Shown piece by piece: positions 20,907-31,705 of a DNA stretch of 64,000 bases. Position 1 is the first letter of the stretch. Each line of letters begins with the position of its first letter. Under the pieces are notes generated by a model that did no database searches, was not told the origin of the DNA, and saw only the letters and a program-made list of their open reading frames with translations. Position numbers and translations under genes: made by a program. Location: positions 82,770,001 through 82,834,000 of the forward strand of contig CM068745.1 in the NCBI GenBank assembly GCA_035084275.1, written 5' to 3'. The DNA comes from Hydrolagus colliei. Its lineage: Eukaryota.

Positions 20907-22929
20907 GGTAAAGTGTTTATTGTTTAGTGGTCTCGGCGGATATCTGGTCTCAGTGGGAAATCCAATCGAGTTAAAAGCTGGTCTAGTGTAAGCTGTCTCC
21001 AGGCAGAATACAAATTGACAGGTTATGAATTTTGTTCTCCGACAAGGAGATTGTGCAATAAATTCCTGTGGTGGTTTGTGTGTGTGCCTCTGTGTGTCTG
21101 TGTGCGTGTCTCTCTGTGTGTGTGGCGGGGAGTGGGGCAAACGGATGCATTTGAACACAGCTCCTAATGTAGCAACCCAAAGCGGTGAACAATAACGAGA
21201 AGTGATCTGGGTACTGCCTCGGGGGGGGGGGGGGGGGGGGCAGAAGGGGGAATGCAAATGATTTAAAGAGAATCTGTAAATTGGCTGCCTGACGTTTGCA
21301 GGGAATGAATACTTGGACAATGCCATTTTGTTTTAATGTCAAAAGAAAAGCAAAGAGTATAATGGTTCCATGAATTTATACCATAACTAAATAACTCCAA
21401 AGTTTTAAGTTGAATTGTGCATTCTTGTCGCTGTCACGATGAATGACACCCGCACCAAACTTCGCTCCCCAACCCCCCCCATTCCCCCCAGTCCTTGTTA
21501 GGTCAGACTTCACTGGCTCCCTGTACCGGAGAGGATCGATTTCAAGATCCTCACTCTTGTCTTCAAATCCCTCCACTCCCCTGCACTCCCCCTGTCTCTC
21601 TGATCTCCTCTCTCTCCAAACCAGCTCTCGTTGCCTTCGCTCCTCTGGGTCTGGCCTCCTCCATGTCCCCCCAAATCCTCCGCTCCACCCTCGGCAGCCG
21701 TGCCTTCAGCCACTAGGCCCCAAGGCTCTGGAACTCCCTTCATCACTCCCTTCACCCTCGCCCCCTCCCTCTCTTCCTCGTTTCAGGTCCCAGCTGAAGA
21801 CCTTTCTCTTCGACCGGGCCTTTGGTCACCTTTCTCCCCCTGCCCCTGGCTCGGTCCCGGGGTCCGTTATTGTGAAGCGCTCTGAGATGCCGTCCGGCGT
21901 GGAGTGAGGGAGGCCAAATAAACCAAAGTTGTTGTTGTTGTTGAATTAAATGAATGCCACACATTTTGACTATGGCGTACGTTTCACAAGAGTCAGGGAC
22001 ATCAACATTTTGGATCACAATTCTCTCACAATTCCTCCCGACGTGAAAGGCGCTCTATCAACGTAACTTTGCTGTTGTTATCCTCCTCATCTTACTAATG
22101 AACATAACACAATTGTCATATGCCGTTGCTTGTCTTCCCATTGTTATTTAGATTTTCTTGATTCAATCCTTGTGGAAATTCAGGTCTCTATGTTGTGTGC
22201 AGTCTAACTGCATGTGAAAGAATGCCTTTCCTCTACCCAATAATTCTTTTGTGTTTAATGTAGCACATTGTTGAAACTGCTCAAAGCCCTTTACAGGATC
22301 CTTACTCTGGAGTGTGTTACACATGTGTAGAGGAACGCCTGGCACACAGAAGAGCACAAGTAAGAATAATAATATGACTTCATTATTCTAATATTATTAT
22401 TGTTATTGCGTTTGAAATGATGTTTTGTGTTGGGGATAAGTCTCAATAGCTTCGTGTGAATTGTTGTTAAAAAAAAATACAGGGAACCTTTTGTGTTTCT
22501 ACGAGAATGTTATCAGGGTGAACAATATCCGGAGATGATCTGCAGCTTGAGTTTTCTGACAGGAAGTATTGTCTTTTAAAACCGCGAGCGACTGTGTTAC
22601 AGCTGCTTTCTGTCAGATTAAAATAAAACCCGAGCGATCTTGCTTGTTGGGAAAAGATGAACGGTACAGATACGGTTGATATTGTCAGTTTCTCTTTATT
22701 TTTCCGAACACATGAATGGGTGCAGCAATCGTAATTGTTATCCCACCGCGTCCTGCTGTTTAACTCTAAAGTCGCGACAGTAAAATGGACTCGCGTCTAG
22801 GATTGATTCGTAATATTTACAGTACAGTACAATAAAAAGAGTGGTGATGTACAAGTCTAAACATGTGCACTGGAAGAAGGAGAAAAAAGTATAGGAAAAT
22901 ACTGTAGTTTGTTCAATTCCGCCTGGTCT

Positions 22930-22979
22930 TCAACCCATTTCGTTATCATGACTAAAATCCGGATTTGTCAAAGCTGATT
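22930..22979 (-). CDS. Gene C candidate cytoplasmic terminal exon
   Basis: tttttcatttag|AA, phase 1, (E)SALTNPDFSHDNEMG*. AATAAA lies about 230 nt downstream (near 22700). No homology support. Confidence 0.4.
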
Positions 22980-23625
22980 CTAAATGAAAAATAATGATAA
23001 TAATATTAATAATAACAGGCAGATGATTCACTGTGTTACTGCATTAATGCACATTCACGTTTCCTGGTCTGCACATTTCCTTAGTACTCAATGTGTTAGA
23101 TGTTTAGTGATAACACACGCCTAATAATAATAATAATCTGTCCCCCCGAAAACCCCCCACAATAATAAAAATTGGTCATTTTCAATCCACGACTGTTTGT
23201 GGGGGGGACGCTGCTGTGCGCAATTGGCTGCCGTGTTTCGCCCACAAAATACATATACAGTCAAATCACTTTACAGTATGTTCTGTGAAGCGCTTTGAGA
23301 CATCGATAAGATGTGAAAAATGCTATATCAATAATTACATTTATCAAATGCAAGGATTATTATTTTTATGTATAAAAGTCAGTGGGCGCTCAGACTGAAC
23401 GCTAAAACTTACAACTTTCTAAAAGTTTTTTTTTTTGTACATTAAACTACACTGGCTGTTTTTCGCTTCCCCGAGGCATGGCAGGCAGTGGTAGTGTAAC
23501 ATAATGTGGACAAGCAATGTTGTGCAGAAGATACCTCTTCCCTCCCACCTTCCTGAGTTAACACAAAGCTGACACTTAACCAGACTGACATAAATTCACG
23601 TTCGGTTGATGATTTTTATCAACCA

Positions 23626-23714
23626 CCCGGGTAGCAAGCCCATATGGACCCCACATGGGACAAATTGGTGTTGATCCATGACCATATGGGCCCCACATGG
23701 GCTTGCTACCTGGG
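23626..23714. mobile_element. Tiny palindromic MITE, CMC/EnSpm-like termini
   Basis: CCCGGGTAGCAAGCCCAT...ATGGGCTTGCTACCTGGG, flanked by CA on both sides. Confidence 0.6.
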
Positions 23715-23827
23715 CAAATTAGCATTAAGAAAAACAAATTAGCATTAAAAAAAATGAATTAAGGTATTGTATCATCTTTTGTTCCCCTTTCTTTGTCAGA
23801 TATATTTTGACCAGCTCTTTGCACCAA

Positions 23828-25128
23828 CTCATAAGAACATAAGAATTAGGAGCAGGAGTAGGCCATTCGGCCCTTCGAGCCTGCTCCGCCATTCAATAAG
23901 ATCATGGCTGATCTTCTCACCTAACTCTGATTACCTGCCCTATCCCCATATCCCCTAATCCCTCTATTTTTCAAAAATCTATCAGTCTCAGCCTTGAAAA
24001 TGTTCAACGACTGAGCATCTACAGCCTTCTGGGGGAGTGAATTCCATACATTCACTACCCTCTGAATGAAGAAATGTTTCCTCAACTCTGTTCTAAAAGG
24101 CCGACCCTTAATTTTAAGACTGTGACCCCTGGTTATAGATTCTCCTACCAGGGGAAACAGTCCCTCAGTGCCTACTTTATCCAGCCCTTTAAGAATCTTA
24201 TATGTTTCAATAAGATCCCCCCTAATTATTCTGTACTCCAGAGAATACAGCCCTAGTTTATTCAACCTATCCTCATAGGTCAGTCCCCTCATCCCAGGAA
24301 CTAACCTAGTGAATCTATGCTGCACCCAATCAAAAACTTTCCTTCCTCCCCCACATCCGCGCCTTGACCGGCACCGCTTATTTCCACCTGCGCAACATTG
24401 CCAGGCTCCGCAACTATCTTACCCCCCGCGCTGCCGAAACACTCGTGCACGCGTACATCACCTCACGGCTGTTCTACGGAAATTCTCTCCTCGTCGGCCT
24501 CCCCAGTTCCTCCATTCACAGGCTGCAGGTCATCCAAAACTCTGCAGCCCGTGTACTATCCCGCACCCGCCTCCGTGACCACATAACCCCCACCCTCGCC
24601 CGTCTCCACTGGCTCCCCATCCTCCAGAGGATCGAGTTTAAGATCCTCGTCCTCACCTTCAAGGCCTTACACGGCCTTGCCCCATCCTACCTAACCGATC
24701 TACTCTCCCCCTACACGCCCACCCGGACCCTCCGTTCAGCAGGACTTGGCCTGCTCCAAGCCCCCCGCCCGAACCGCCCCACCATCGGAGGCCGGGCCTT
24801 CAGTTTCTCCGCTCCCACCTTATGGAATGCCATCCCTCAATCCCTCCGTTTCGTCTCTTCCCTTTCCTCTTTCAAGGCCGGTTTGAAGACTTTCCTCTTC
24901 GATCGTGCCTTTTGTTCCACCCCAAACTCTTTTACCTCCCCTTCGTGTTTCACCCCTTCCCAAACACTCCCCTCCCAGCTCGGGTCACACGCCTCCTGTG
25001 CAGCGCCTTGGGACGTCCTCCCGACGGGAAAGGCGCTATATAAATGTAATTTGTTGTTGTTGCACCCCCTCTAAGGCAAGTATGTCCTTTTTTAAATAAG
25101 GAGCCCAAAACTGCACACAATACTCGAG
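23828..25128 (-). mobile_element. Second CR1 family 3' fragment, split by an L2 insertion
   Basis: EYCVQFWAPYLKKDILALEG | VQHRFTRLVPGMRGLTYEDRL continues across the L2; (TTCTTATG)n-type tail. The same family 3' end is at about 1955-2100 (+). Confidence 0.85.
24328..25060 (+). mobile_element. Young L2 3' fragment inserted in CR1
   Basis: Near-identical to 13837-14520; TGCACCC target duplication (24321-24327 and 25061-25067). Confidence 0.9.
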
Positions 25129-26015
25129 GACATACATCTTATGTGTGTCAGAGAGCTTGGGGGACAGCTACAACAACAACAACAACAGTAACATCGAAAT
25201 TACACTTGTGTAGTGGCTTTCACATCGGGAGGACGTCCCAAGGCGCTAACTCTACAACTCGATTCCCCTTCCCTCCTTCAGTCCATCAAATCACCGCTGG
25301 ACGCCAACCATTCAGGAACTGCCTGGTTTGGGATCATTGCAGAAATATGCTGGTGACTGACTGACTGACTGACTGGATGACTCTCGCCCCTAGTCAAGAT
25401 CTAACTAACCACAATTCGCTTCAGATGAGTGAGAGCACTGGACATGTTACGCTACAGCAGTGACTTGCACCCATCCGGGCAGCCATGTCCTCGTGTTTAA
25501 TTATATATAGACCTTTCATATCATCAACACCGACTGATCTACTTTCACAATTGGAAACCTCAGCGACGTTGCTTTAAACCACACAAAGGATCTGGGTCAT
25601 GTTTTTTCTTGGTGTGTTGGTTGGTTTGGAGAGAGCCGTTATTGTCAAGCGGTTATTTTTGTGTTTTTCAGCCAGTTTTGTTGTCTCGCTCTCGCTCTCG
25701 CTCTCTCGTACCAAACAAAAGAGCTCCTGCGGCTCAGTGGTTAGAGCGCTCGCCTTACAAGAGAGACCTGTGTTCGAATCCAGGCAGGTCAGGGCGAAAC
25801 CTTGGGCAAGTTTCCTTACTCCACACATACACACACACACACGCACACGCACACGCCTGCTAATAATGCCTCCAAAAAAACAATAATAAAATGGGTCATT
25901 TTCAATCCACGACTGTTTGTGTGGGGGACTCTGCTGTGTGCTATTGGCCGCCGCCCACAAATATATATTTCACCCACATATATATATATATATATACAGC
26001 CAATTCACTTTACAG

Positions 26016-26367
26016 CATCAAAACACAAAATACTACAGACGCTGGGAATCTGAAACAAAACCAAAAGTTGCTGGGGAAACTCAGCAGGTCAAGCAGCATC
26101 CATGGAGAGAGGAAAAGGAGTCAACATTTCGGGTCGACAACCCTTCGTCAGGACTGGGGCTTGTTTGGAGGGAAAGGTTTCTTAAAGACGTTAAAGGCAA
26201 AAACTCCCTTCCTTGTCCTGCCTCTCTCCCCTTTAATGTCCTTAAGAAATCTCTCCCTCCAAACAAGCCTCAGTCCTGACATAGGGTTGTAGACCCGAAA
26301 CGTTGACTTTTTTTCCTTTCTCCATGGATGCTGTTTGACCGGCTGAGTTTCCCCAGCAACTTTTGTT
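26016..26367. mobile_element. Penelope-like fold-back element inserted into a SINE
   Basis: Two inverted arms of about 150 bp; 12-bp duplication TTCACTTTACAG (26004-26015 and 26368-26379); hammerhead-type cores in each arm. Confidence 0.75.
26119..26155 (-). ncRNA. Minimal type-I hammerhead ribozyme motif
   Basis: AGTC-CTGACGA-A-GGGT(tgtcg)ACCC-GAAA-TGT-T-GACT; stems I and II pair and the core is conserved. Confidence 0.55.
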
Positions 26368-26484
26368 TTCACTTTACAGTAGATTCTGTGAATCGCTTTG
26401 AGACGTTGATAAGCCGTAAAAAAGCTGCTGTAATCAAATGCAAGGATTATTATTATTAATAAGAGGCAATTAATTTGGACGCAC

Positions 26485-26589
26485 CTTTCCTGCGTGCAAT
26501 GGCGTATACGATCTCTCCCAGTAATAGCACAAGCCACAGAGATACCACAGCCAGGCAGCGAACAAGGAAGATGGCAAGGTATCCGTTTC
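26485..26589 (-). CDS. Gene C transmembrane exon with intramembrane Arg and Glu
   Basis: ttcactctatag|GA ... AGG AAA G|gtgcgt, phase 1-1, 105 bp. (G)NGYLAIFLVRCLAVVSLWLVLLLGEIVYAIARRK. Confidence 0.8.
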
Positions 26590-29038
26590 CTATAGAGTGA
26601 ACAATAAGAACGCTTTGATAAAGCTGCTTTTCACGTCAGGAGAGTGTCTTTAAACTCCTCACACAGTTGTCTGGGAACCTGAAATTGGATATTAAGGGAG
26701 TTTTGGAGGGTGTGGGGGGCGTTAAGTGGGAGAGTAAAGGATGGAGGTAAGGCTGAGAGACACTGGGATGGTTGTGGAGTGAGCTATAAGGTGTTAGTCG
26801 ATTGGCAAACCGCTTTCCTGGGGGTAATAATCCCCATTTTTAAAAAATAAACAAAATTGGTCACTCAATCCCCGACTAGTTTTGTGGGTCAATCGGCTGC
26901 TGTGTTTCGCCCACAAAATATACAATTCACTTTACACTATATTACGTGAAGCGCTTTGAGACGTCTCAACGACTGTGATGAGCTGCTATGTCAAAGGCAA
27001 AGTTTTTTTGATTATCAAGGAGAACAGATAGCTCATATGGGCTATAATGGAATAGTAAATAATCTAGGTAGTTGAAACACTGTATACATGTACAAAACAC
27101 AACTCATAATATAAGGAAAACTGATGTGGATTCATTTAAAATCTTCTATTTTTTATAAATGGATTATATTTATGAACCCCCGCACGACACACACACACAC
27201 ACACACACAGCCACGCACACGCACACAGACACCNNNNNNNNNNNNNNNNNNNNNNNNNNNNNNNNNNNNNNNNNNNNNNNNNNNNNNNNNNNNNNNNNNN
27301 NNNNNNNNNNNNNNNNNNNNNNNNNNNNNNNNNNNNNNNNNNNNNNNNNNNNNNNNNNNNNNNNNNNNNNNNNNNNNNNNNNNNNNNNNNNNNNAATAGT
27401 GCATCCAGTAGGTCAGTTAATTCCGTTGAAGTGAAATTCACTTCTCAAAAGACCAAACAATTGATGGGTATTGATAGTAGAAAGTCACTGCTGAAAGACA
27501 GAGCTGTGAAGACCTTTTTTTTAGTCTGAAGTATATAAAGCCACGGACACTAACATTTGAAACGTGTGCCTGGCAAGCTTCCAGTGTTTGCCCAGCTCAG
27601 CCATGACTCTGGAAATCTCACCAAACTAATTATTCTTAGTCTATTTGCCTTAAAATTTTAAATCGTATAAATGGTATGTATGTGTGTATGTGTGGGGGTG
27701 GCGGGGGGGGGGTTGCTGATCAGGGTGGTGGAGAGAGGGAGTGAAGTTTTTGGAAAATATTTAAAGTATTGTGGACTAATAATAATCCTAAAAAAAATCA
27801 CAAAACTAAAATTGGTCATTCTAATCCACGGCTGTGTGTGGGGGGGGCGGGGGGGGGGAACGCTGCTGTGCGCAATTGGCTGCCGCGATTCACCCACAAA
27901 TATACCGTCAATTCACTTTACAGTATATTCTATGAAGCGCTTTGGGACGTCGATGAGATGTGAGAAGCGCTATATCAAATGCAAGGATTATTATTATTAT
28001 TATTATTATTATTAAAAGCAATTTCCAAATAATGGCTTAAAACTGAAGTGTTTTTTTCTACCATTCTGCTATAACTTCCATTTGAAGGCAGGTTAGGTCT
28101 GACGGGCTAATATATTCCCATATAATGTTTTGTATAAAGTAACTGCAATAAAATATTTATTGTTTTGCCCAAACATGACTGAGTGAGCCTGCACAATACA
28201 GTCAATAAATACACTTGACAGTGTATACTATAAAAAAAGGAAAATATTTATCTTTACTTCTTACAAAATATACAAGAACATTTATTATTTTATCTGACAT
28301 ATAAGGAGCTATAAAAATGCAAGGATTATTATTTATTACTAAATTTTTTACTGTAGATGCTGAGAGTATTTGATGTGATACTTAGAATCAGAGACTGCCT
28401 ATTTATTATTTTACACTATTTGCTGCAATTGACACCATTTTAAAATCTGAACATCGCACATTGGATTTTATAGATCCGCCAATGTACGTGAATTGTGTTA
28501 TATAGTTATAGATCCACCAACCTAGCAGCAAACATCACTGTCAGTGTGATATTTACATGTTATATATGTGCGCTTGCCTTGTTTCGCTTACTATTTGGTA
28601 AATACAGTCAATTCACTTTACAATTATATTATATATATTACATTATATTCTGTGAAGCGCTTTGTGATGATGTGATAAGGCGCTATATCAAATGCAAGTA
28701 TTATTACTTATTCTTCTTATTGATATCTAACACAAAAATAATTAGCCATACAAACATTGTATTTATTGTTTGATAAAACTGGGATTTGTGTTGGTTAATC
28801 AGAGGCAATAAATTATCGAATTTAATCGCCTCCTTATTACAAGATTAAAACCTGTAATATATCGTTCTTTTTCAATCCACGACTGTTTGTGTGGGGGGGT
28901 GGGGGGGGGGGGGGGTCGCTGCTATACACAATCGGCTCTTCCACAAATATATACAGCCAATTCACTTTACAGTATATTCTGTGAAGTGAAAAGCCGCTGC
29001 ATCAGATGTAAGCGAGGATTATTATTAATATGACTTAC

Positions 29039-29338
29039 CCGGGTTGAAACTGATCCTTTTGCTCACTGGTGGGTTGAGGGTGATGTGCTGAACCTGACAG
29101 GTCACAGCTTTGCCCAGTTCCCAGTCAGAGGTTTGGATCCTCAGCCGTGAGCTCAGCCTGAAGGTCCCATTGCTGTTCACTGTGAGAGACGTGGGCTCTG
29201 TTTCATAGGGTCCATCTCCCTCCACCGTCCAGGAAACGTTCAGATCTCTTGGGAAAAATCCCTCGGCCACACAAGTCAGGGTCTGATTCCCAGAGGCTTC
29301 ACTCTCCGGATCAGCAAAGAGATGGACTTGGGGTTTGG
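29039..29338 (-). CDS. Gene C Ig C1-set domain exon
   Basis: tttattttatag|CC ... CCG G|gtaagt, phase 1-1, 300 bp. LTCVAEGFFPRDLNVSW, NSNGTFRLSSRL and VTCQVQH are C1-set hallmarks. Confidence 0.9.
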
Positions 29339-29718
29339 CTATAAAATAAACAATTATCTTATAGATAAAGCAACTCACGTTAGACGCAGAAATGTCAGAG
29401 TATTGTTCGACACTTGCACTTATCAAGCAGTGACTCTGGCCCACTTCAGTTGCTAATCTCCACCACAATATATATGTTCATTGACATCGGAAGCCTGACA
29501 GCAAAGATAGCTAAAGCTAAAGGTGTAAATGTCTGATTGCCTTCCACGCTTTTAAATAACGTTTCTTTTTCTGTCACAAAACCCCCCCCCCAAACCAAAC
29601 ACATGAAAGAGACCCCAGAAATCTCAACATCAACTGAACACTCTCGCTCTATCCCCACATGCGGGGACCTCGAGAGGGAACTAGTGAACTACACGTAGAA
29701 ACGGCAATGAATCTGTGA

Positions 29719-29918
29719 NNNNNNNNNNNNNNNNNNNNNNNNNNNNNNNNNNNNNNNNNNNNNNNNNNNNNNNNNNNNNNNNNNNNNNNNNNNNNNNNNN
29801 NNNNNNNNNNNNNNNNNNNNNNNNNNNNNNNNNNNNNNNNNNNNNNNNNNNNNNNNNNNNNNNNNNNNNNNNNNNNNNNNNNNNNNNNNNNNNNNNNNNN
29901 NNNNNNNNNNNNNNNNNN
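29719..29918. other. Assembly gap (N)
   Basis: N run. Other gaps at 7057-7200, 17747-17901, 27234-27394 and 30908-31540. Confidence 0.99.
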
Positions 29919-30641
29919 GTAATCCTTGCATTTGATATAGTGCTTTTCACATCTTATCGACGTCTTATAAATCTAAGTTGTTATAGCGCTTCACAGAATA
30001 TACTGTAAAGTGAATTGATTGTATATTTGTGGGCGAAACGCGGCAGCCAATTGCACATAGCAGTGTCCCATATACAGTCGTGGATTGAAAATGACCAATT
30101 TTTATTGTGTTTTTTTTGGACGGATTATTATTAGGCGTGTGGAGTAAGGAAACTTGCCCAAGCTTTGGCCCTGATCTTTATTAACATAATAATCCTTACA
30201 TTTGATATAGTGATTTTCACATCTTCTGGACATCTCAAAGCACTTCACAGAATATACTGTAAAGTGAATTGATTGTATATATGTGGGTAGCCCACGGCAG
30301 CCAATTGCGCACAGCAGTGTCCCACAAACAGTCTTGGATTGAAATTACCAATTTTTTTTTTTTTTAACCCAGGTCTCATGCTTGTTAGGCAAGTGCTCTA
30401 ACCACTGAACTACACATCAGCTTTAGTTTGATATCACTGTGATATGGGTATGTGAAGGCAGACATATCTGTTATTCTGAGCTACAGGACTCCTCAAAGAT
30501 ATCTAACCACTGCGCCTCAACCAGGGGAAAGCAAGCTGAATAACCATACCCCAAATTCACATCTCATGAGTTTCATAATTTAGTAATGTTAGTGTCAAAT
30601 GTTAGTTAAAACTCCAAACCTCAACAACCTCCATATAACTA

Positions 30642-31705
30642 CCGTAAATACCCGCGTATAAGGCGCACTTTTTTTCACGGCGGAAGATCTCGAAAGTTGG
30701 GGGTGCGCCCTATACGCAGGTACAATAAATTTTGAGCCTCGGAAATAAGCAGGAGAGGCGGCCGGCGCCCTGTCAGCCGGGCTTTGGACACCGTGTCCGG
30801 CGGCGGTTGGGGGGAGCGGGTGATGGGGCTTCGGCCTCGGCCGCCCGGGCAGTGGCAGCAGCAGTGGACTTCAGTGCTGTGCCTGCTGCCTGCCTTCTGC
30901 CAAACCCNNNNNNNNNNNNNNNNNNNNNNNNNNNNNNNNNNNNNNNNNNNNNNNNNNNNNNNNNNNNNNNNNNNNNNNNNNNNNNNNNNNNNNNNNNNNN
31001 NNNNNNNNNNNNNNNNNNNNNNNNNNNNNNNNNNNNNNNNNNNNNNNNNNNNNNNNNNNNNNNNNNNNNNNNNNNNNNNNNNNNNNNNNNNNNNNNNNNN
31101 NNNNNNNNNNNNNNNNNNNNNNNNNNNNNNNNNNNNNNNNNNNNNNNNNNNNNNNNNNNNNNNNNNNNNNNNNNNNNNNNNNNNNNNNNNNNNNNNNNNN
31201 NNNNNNNNNNNNNNNNNNNNNNNNNNNNNNNNNNNNNNNNNNNNNNNNNNNNNNNNNNNNNNNNNNNNNNNNNNNNNNNNNNNNNNNNNNNNNNNNNNNN
31301 NNNNNNNNNNNNNNNNNNNNNNNNNNNNNNNNNNNNNNNNNNNNNNNNNNNNNNNNNNNNNNNNNNNNNNNNNNNNNNNNNNNNNNNNNNNNNNNNNNNN
31401 NNNNNNNNNNNNNNNNNNNNNNNNNNNNNNNNNNNNNNNNNNNNNNNNNNNNNNNNNNNNNNNNNNNNNNNNNNNNNNNNNNNNNNNNNNNNNNNNNNNN
31501 NNNNNNNNNNNNNNNNNNNNNNNNNNNNNNNNNNNNNNNNCTGCCTGCCTGCCTCCCTCTCTCCCTACCTACCTGTCTCTCCTCCCTCCCTCCCTTCTGC
31601 CGGCAATATCATCGAAAATGCTTCTGTTTTTTTTCACCAAGAAAAGGTCAAAAGTGGGGGGGTGCGCCTTATACGCGAGTGCGCCTTATACGCGGGTATT
31701 TATAG
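30642..31705. mobile_element. Tc1/mariner-superfamily MITE spanning an N gap
   Basis: TIRs CCGTAAATACCCGCGTATAAGGCGCAC and GTGCGCCTTATACGCGGGTATTTATAG, with TA on both sides. Confidence 0.8.

Noticed and set aside
25516-25571. Alternative tail exon for gene C (ATSLRFPIVKVDQSVLMI*)
   Set aside because: Weak acceptor and no supporting motif.
16847-29338. Single HHLA2-like (V)-C1-V gene joining the C1 exon to the B7-type V exon
   Set aside because: A TM exon (26485-26589) lies between them and the V exon has its own two leader exons with an ATG, so these are two genes.
29339-29468. Open frame upstream of the C1 exon and a GTGAGT donor at 29378 as a leader exon
   Set aside because: The implied intron is only 40 nt, the phase-1 frame has a stop, and the peptide is not signal-like.
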